Shown here one piece after another: positions 59,602-64,000 of a stretch of DNA of 64,000 nt (positions are counted from its first letter, which is position 1; every line of letters starts with the position of its first letter). The DNA is from a virus, in IMG/VR virus record IMGVR_UViG_3300027741_000027, positions 1 to 64,000 of that record. One strand, written 5' to 3'. The translations under genes were made by a program, and so were the position numbers. The notes under the pieces were generated by a model. The model searched no databases, was not told the DNA's origin, and worked only from the letters and a program-made list of their open reading frames with translations.

Positions 59602-61140
59602 TTAATTTAACTTGTGTTCAAAAACCAAAGTCACCGTCAAATTTTGCGGAACGGGGCTGGTGCTAATTCCAGTAATATATATACCAATTCTATTTCTATT
59701 AGTGATAGTAATAGGTGTAGTAAAATTATTACCATCTAAATGATTTGCCGTTGATGACGCTAAAATAGTTGAGCCGCTACCTAAAACAGTTGCATCTGCG
59801 GGAACAGTTGCATCTGCGGGCCAAATAACACTAGTGTTAGAATTGGTATTTATTGGACTATCATTTATTATTTTATAAATTTGAAAATAAACATTTCCAC
59901 TAGTTGTTACATAATGAACTTCAGCCAATGTTGTCACTCCAATATTTTGCCCTATGCCATTTACTTGAGGCCACCCATTAATAGCAAAAAATGGAGGAAT
60001 TGGCAAAGCTCCACTTGTAACAATATTTCCCTGAATAATAAAATTATGGGATGTTCTAAATACATGAGGATGAGCGCCCGCAGCAATTTGGTTAGACAAT
60101 GTTCCAACATTTTTAGTTGCGGAATCTCCAAGGCCAAGATTAACAATCGCCGCAGGTTTGTCAGTTAAATCATTTAAATTGGAAGATTTTTGAGCAGCAC
60201 CGATAATTCTTGAATCATCACCGGCTGCAACTGTTCCAGATGTTTGTCCGATGTTTTTTGATGCCGATCCGCCAGCATCTGTGATTTGACTTAAAGTATG
60301 AGTGTGAGATACCGGCGCTGCTCCAATGTCGGAATAACCAATATTTACTGAACTTCCTGTTTTGTTACCACCCGGATTGGTAACAATTTGAGAAATGCCG
60401 CTGGCCGCTTCTTGAAACCAATCTCTATAATCATTATAAGTTGTTTGAAATTTTACATAAGTTCCCGAATTTGTACCGCCAGTTTTAATAATTTTATCGC
60501 CAACGACCCAAGTAATGCTGTTGTAAGGAGATTTGGTTGCAATATTAAAAGCAGAGTCATCGTTTACATTTGCATATTGAGTGGGGTTTTGAACTGGAAG
60601 ATACTGAGAGTCAATTTTTGTACTGGAATTTAATCCAGCATAACCGTTTGCTTGATTTTTTTCTGAAGTATTTTGTTTACCAGTTAAAGTTGATGAAAGA
60701 CTGGTAATATCTGTAATAGCGTGAGTATGGACAAGCGGAGCCTTGCCATTAACATTAGTAGTAAGGGTTGATAAATCTGAAGTTAAATTGGTAATTTTAG
60801 ATTGATTTAAAGTACCACTAATTTTTACATCTGTAACAGATGCATCTTTAGGCGTTCTATCATCAGTAAGTCTCCCGTCGCCGCCTAAAACAAGTTGAAA
60901 AGTTCCAGTACCAGTATTCGCGCTTATTTTTTTAGTAGCACTGTCATATAGAATAGGAGGATCGGCATTAACAATACCAGTTAACCCAATGTCTCCCTTT
61001 TCTCCTTGAATACCTTGAGGTCCCTGCACGTAAATACCGGCAACGGCAATTGAAACCTTTTGATTCTCAGTGTTTAAAGTTAACCCCTGAGAATCCTCAA
61101 CAAGAAGGATCTTTTTAGTACCATCTATTTCTAGATTCAT
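59602..61140 (-). CDS. Tail-fibre-like protein with a short collagen-like stretch
   Basis: GPQGIQGEKGDIG, HTHAITDIT, ANGYAGL, HTHTLSQITD repeats. Confidence 0.7.
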   Translation of the reverse strand: MNLEIDGTKKILLVEDSQGLTLNTENQKVSIAVAGIYVQGPQGIQGEKGDIGLTGIVNADPPILYDSATKKISANTGTGTFQLVLGGDGRLTDDRTPKDASVTDVKISGTLNQSKITNLTSDLSTLTTNVNGKAPLVHTHAITDITSLSSTLTGKQNTSEKNQANGYAGLNSSTKIDSQYLPVQNPTQYANVNDDSAFNIATKSPYNSITWVVGDKIIKTGGTNSGTYVKFQTTYNDYRDWFQEAASGISQIVTNPGGNKTGSSVNIGYSDIGAAPVSHTHTLSQITDAGGSASKNIGQTSGTVAAGDDSRIIGAAQKSSNLNDLTDKPAAIVNLGLGDSATKNVGTLSNQIAAGAHPHVFRTSHNFIIQGNIVTSGALPIPPFFAINGWPQVNGIGQNIGVTTLAEVHYVTTSGNVYFQIYKIINDSPINTNSNTSVIWPADATVPADATVLGSGSTILASSTANHLDGNNFTTPITITNRNRIGIYITGISTSPVPQNLTVTLVFEHKLN

Positions 61141-61526
61141 ACGCCAACAACCTTGATTCCCCCGTAGAGCAATGCATCTGTTACACCATTATTGGTTATT
61201 GTTAAATCATAAACGCCTGATTTCCAAGTGCTTGATTTGCCAAGGTTTTTAGTTACGGCGTCTGAAATTTGTAACCGAATTTGACCTTGATCGGCAGTAG
61301 TTGTTCCAAGTGAAATACTACAACCGTCAGATTTATTTACATTTTCTAAAGTTGCCAATGTTAGCAATGCCGTCCCATTGGGTTTATCTCTAATAATCAT
61401 TTCGGCTGTATAACCGGTCAGATTGCGCGGAGAAGTTCGATCCATTGTTGAATACAATGTTAAAACTTCATAAAATGTTGCGCCCTGCCAAATGGTGAAA
61501 GTATGTTTATCAGGTATAATAGTCAT
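61137..61526 (-). CDS. Fibre-attachment/BppU-like small protein
   Basis: IWQGATF...NLTGYTAEMIIR...GVYDL. Confidence 0.55.
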   Translation of the reverse strand: MTIIPDKHTFTIWQGATFYEVLTLYSTMDRTSPRNLTGYTAEMIIRDKPNGTALLTLATLENVNKSDGCSISLGTTTADQGQIRLQISDAVTKNLGKSSTWKSGVYDLTITNNGVTDALLYGGIKVVGV

Positions 61527-61557
61527 GCTACAAATTACAGTTCGTTAAAGCTATAAA

Positions 61558-61623
61558 CTACAGCCCAATGTCTTCAGGCTCAATAATAATATCTTCAATA
61601 TCAAAATCAATGTTAAAATTCAT
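61558..61623 (-). CDS. Putative 21-aa acidic peptide
   Basis: TAATG-coupled to the upstream stop; MNFNIDFDIEDIIIEPEDIGL. Confidence 0.35.
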   Translation of the reverse strand: MNFNIDFDIEDIIIEPEDIGL

Positions 61624-63971
61624 TAATTAACCGCCTCCCTTCCTATTTCTGGATTCAATGCCCAAATTTCCGGTGTGCTAAGCGGGCCGTCTCCAAGCGC
61701 CAAGGATTCAATAATATGCTGCATATGCCTTTGACCGGGGCGGCCAATAACCTTATCCTTGGTATCAGGATGATGATAGAAAGGCATTAGCATGCTAGAG
61801 AACCCAGCATCAGCCTTCTTTCTAAAAGGAATGGCATCCTTAGGATTAGATACGCCTTCAAGTCTATCCCATTGTTTGCCAATTTGCTTGCGAATATCTT
61901 TAGTATCATTAAACCAGCTTGGAATAATTGGTTTTTCTGATTTCTTTGATCGATTATCCCAATCAATGCCGTCATGAGGAACAGGAAGAAGAACGTGCAT
62001 GTGATCTTTTGAAGGATGATGACCGGGCGCATGCCTCATAAGATTCTTTAGCCCTCTAGAAAATTGACCAAGAGGAAGGTGCCCGTATCCAGAGGCATCT
62101 CTAGCGCCCTGTAATTGACGTTCGGCCTTAAAGTAATCCCTTATTCCCATATCATCTTTTTTATGCCCAAGGGCCTTTAAAATGTCTGGGTTAATTGACC
62201 CAAGTTGACTTGTATGAGGCGCAAGGAAAAACCAAGCTTCATCAACCTGATGTGGCTCCATGTCATCAGTAAAAAACTGCTTCATAAATGAAGACCTGAA
62301 GTGATGACCCTTGCCGCCCTGATCAATATCTTCAAGTGCAATTTGAACAATATTCTTAATGTTCTTGCCAATGTCAGCGATTGGTTTTACTTGATGAGCA
62401 AGGGGCGGAGAGTAAATAGCTGAATCAGGATGTTTAGATTCAAAGAACATTTTCTCATTACCAAAATCATAATCTTGATTAACTTTAGCATTGGTCATGC
62501 GCTTGAGCCTTTTGATAAGTCGCTTAGTTGCCTCACGATGAATATCATCTGAAGTGGCATCTTCGCCAAGTTTCTTCTTTGCCTCGCGCTCTTCTTCTGC
62601 CTTCATATTCAAAAGATGATGATCTGCCAAATCACTAATTTGATCATGCCTCAATCCTCCACCAATATTTTGAATATGGCGCTTAAATGGCATCATATAA
62701 GGATCAAGTTCTTTATTTGCCTGCAAGTAACCGCGAGCATTATTATGTGTATCGCGGGCGTGAGTAAGAGCATTCCAAATACGAGCAGGATCATCTACTG
62801 AACCGGGAAGGTGATGAAGTGCTTGATAATGCTGGGCGTGGCCGCGTTCGTGCTTATGAGGTTTCAAAAATGCATTAGAGAAGGCGTTACTAACCGCTTG
62901 CTCGCGGCTTGCATCATCTAGTTCATGCCAATTAGATTTAATTCCACGGGTCATATTGGTAAGGCCGCGACTATTAAGTGGATCAACCATTTCACCATCG
63001 GCATTACGAATCCTGTGCCAATTATAAGCATTGTTATCTGCTGGAACAACGCCTGTTTCATAACCATCATTTGGATCAAGCAAATTATCAAATGATGAAT
63101 TCTTATCAAAGTTGGCATCGTTAGGAATTTTAGCCATAGGGCCGGGAACAATAGTTTGTGAAGGATGAACGGGGTGATGATAAGGCTCAGGCGCTTCGGG
63201 GTTGTCAAATATTTTTAAGAATGCAATCTTCTGCTGAGATTGTGATCCATAATAAGAATTAAATGCACCTTGACCAATAACTTCAGTAAACAATGCCTTT
63301 TGAGCAGTGTAAGTCAAAAGTGGAGCGTGAGCTTTAAATGCTCTATTGATACCAAACCAAGACCAATCACCGCCAGAGGCACCATGACCTAAAATGTCAT
63401 GAGCAATGCGAAAATCTACAATTTGATTAATGCTCCAAACGGGATGGGATGCATTGGCCCTAGAAACAGTGAAATGACCCTTTTGAGTAATATCTTCGGC
63501 CATCTCCGAGAAAGTTTTATAAGGCAAAGGGTTGTCAGTGATTTCAATCTCAATTTCATTTTGAATAATCTCTACACGACGACGACAATCTTCTGCAAGC
63601 TCAGTCCAAGCAGAAGCTGCTTTTTTATCATACATTTTGGCGTCAGCATATTCGTGCGCAATGACCTCTTGAAGATCAATGTATGAATCATGCCAAGCTG
63701 CTGCTCTTGCGTTCATAGGCATACGGAAACTATAAAGGCGCTGAATCATATGCAAAAGATTACCAGCGGCTGTTTCCTGAGTATTGCCAGTAGCTTCTAG
63801 CTTTTCACCATGAACGCTAGTGGCTTTGACCTTATAGCCATCTTTTTTATAGTCAGAAGTATGATCTACCTCCCACCCAAGATCCTGAATTTGATTCAGG
63901 ATCTCAGGCAGGGGTGTAGTAATCCCAACAAAGGCGGAAGTAACATCAATAAATTTGATGTCTTCCCACAT
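61623..63971 (-). CDS. 782-aa multidomain protein, probably head-associated
   Basis: AGAGG RBS; FRIAHDILGH zincin-like segment; first gene of the minus-strand run in this window. Confidence 0.75.
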   Translation of the reverse strand: MWEDIKFIDVTSAFVGITTPLPEILNQIQDLGWEVDHTSDYKKDGYKVKATSVHGEKLEATGNTQETAAGNLLHMIQRLYSFRMPMNARAAAWHDSYIDLQEVIAHEYADAKMYDKKAASAWTELAEDCRRRVEIIQNEIEIEITDNPLPYKTFSEMAEDITQKGHFTVSRANASHPVWSINQIVDFRIAHDILGHGASGGDWSWFGINRAFKAHAPLLTYTAQKALFTEVIGQGAFNSYYGSQSQQKIAFLKIFDNPEAPEPYHHPVHPSQTIVPGPMAKIPNDANFDKNSSFDNLLDPNDGYETGVVPADNNAYNWHRIRNADGEMVDPLNSRGLTNMTRGIKSNWHELDDASREQAVSNAFSNAFLKPHKHERGHAQHYQALHHLPGSVDDPARIWNALTHARDTHNNARGYLQANKELDPYMMPFKRHIQNIGGGLRHDQISDLADHHLLNMKAEEEREAKKKLGEDATSDDIHREATKRLIKRLKRMTNAKVNQDYDFGNEKMFFESKHPDSAIYSPPLAHQVKPIADIGKNIKNIVQIALEDIDQGGKGHHFRSSFMKQFFTDDMEPHQVDEAWFFLAPHTSQLGSINPDILKALGHKKDDMGIRDYFKAERQLQGARDASGYGHLPLGQFSRGLKNLMRHAPGHHPSKDHMHVLLPVPHDGIDWDNRSKKSEKPIIPSWFNDTKDIRKQIGKQWDRLEGVSNPKDAIPFRKKADAGFSSMLMPFYHHPDTKDKVIGRPGQRHMQHIIESLALGDGPLSTPEIWALNPEIGREAVN

Positions 63972-64000
63972 TAGTACCTCTTACCGTGCCTGTGCGGGCG

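Noticed and set aside
2190-61623. Identical ATGAATTTTAAC at the starts of two micro-ORFs (2190 +, 61623 -)
   Set aside because: AT-rich 12-mer matches are expected many times by chance in 64 kb on two strands.
1-64000. Stop-codon reassignment
   Set aside because: Standard code gives dense, tightly coupled full-length genes; the dnaE break needs a frame change, not readthrough.

Overview
64-kb segment of a large contractile-tailed dsDNA phage. Its gene order and capsid/tail proteins resemble, from memory, Bxz1/cluster-C-like actinobacterial myoviruses; the host cannot be determined from the sequence. 1-11450 (+) is a replication/recombination module: primase, probable SSB, DnaE-type polymerase, RecA, two resolvase types, a Cas4-like nuclease, a sigma-region-4 protein and an SNF2 helicase. 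11447-63971 (mostly -) is the virion module, read right to left: a 782-aa probable head protein, about 13.5 kb of fibre-like genes, putative internal head proteins, prohead protease/scaffold, decoration protein, major capsid, neck, sheath, tube, tail chaperone, tape measure, hub, baseplate and tail proteins. Two + strand genes interrupt it: a signal-peptide 3D+NlpC/P60 hydrolase and a 51-aa membrane protein. Directly visible: a +1 frameshift separating the conserved PHP N-terminus of dnaE from the rest of the gene, a -1 slippery site in the tail chaperone, and a 1842-aa protein whose glycoside-hydrolase barrel is split by nested domains. Inferred: K/R-x-A/S-delimited head polyproteins and a late-promoter motif. 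I recognised no terminase large subunit, portal, integrase, tRNA or CRISPR array. All homology calls come from motif recognition, not database searches.
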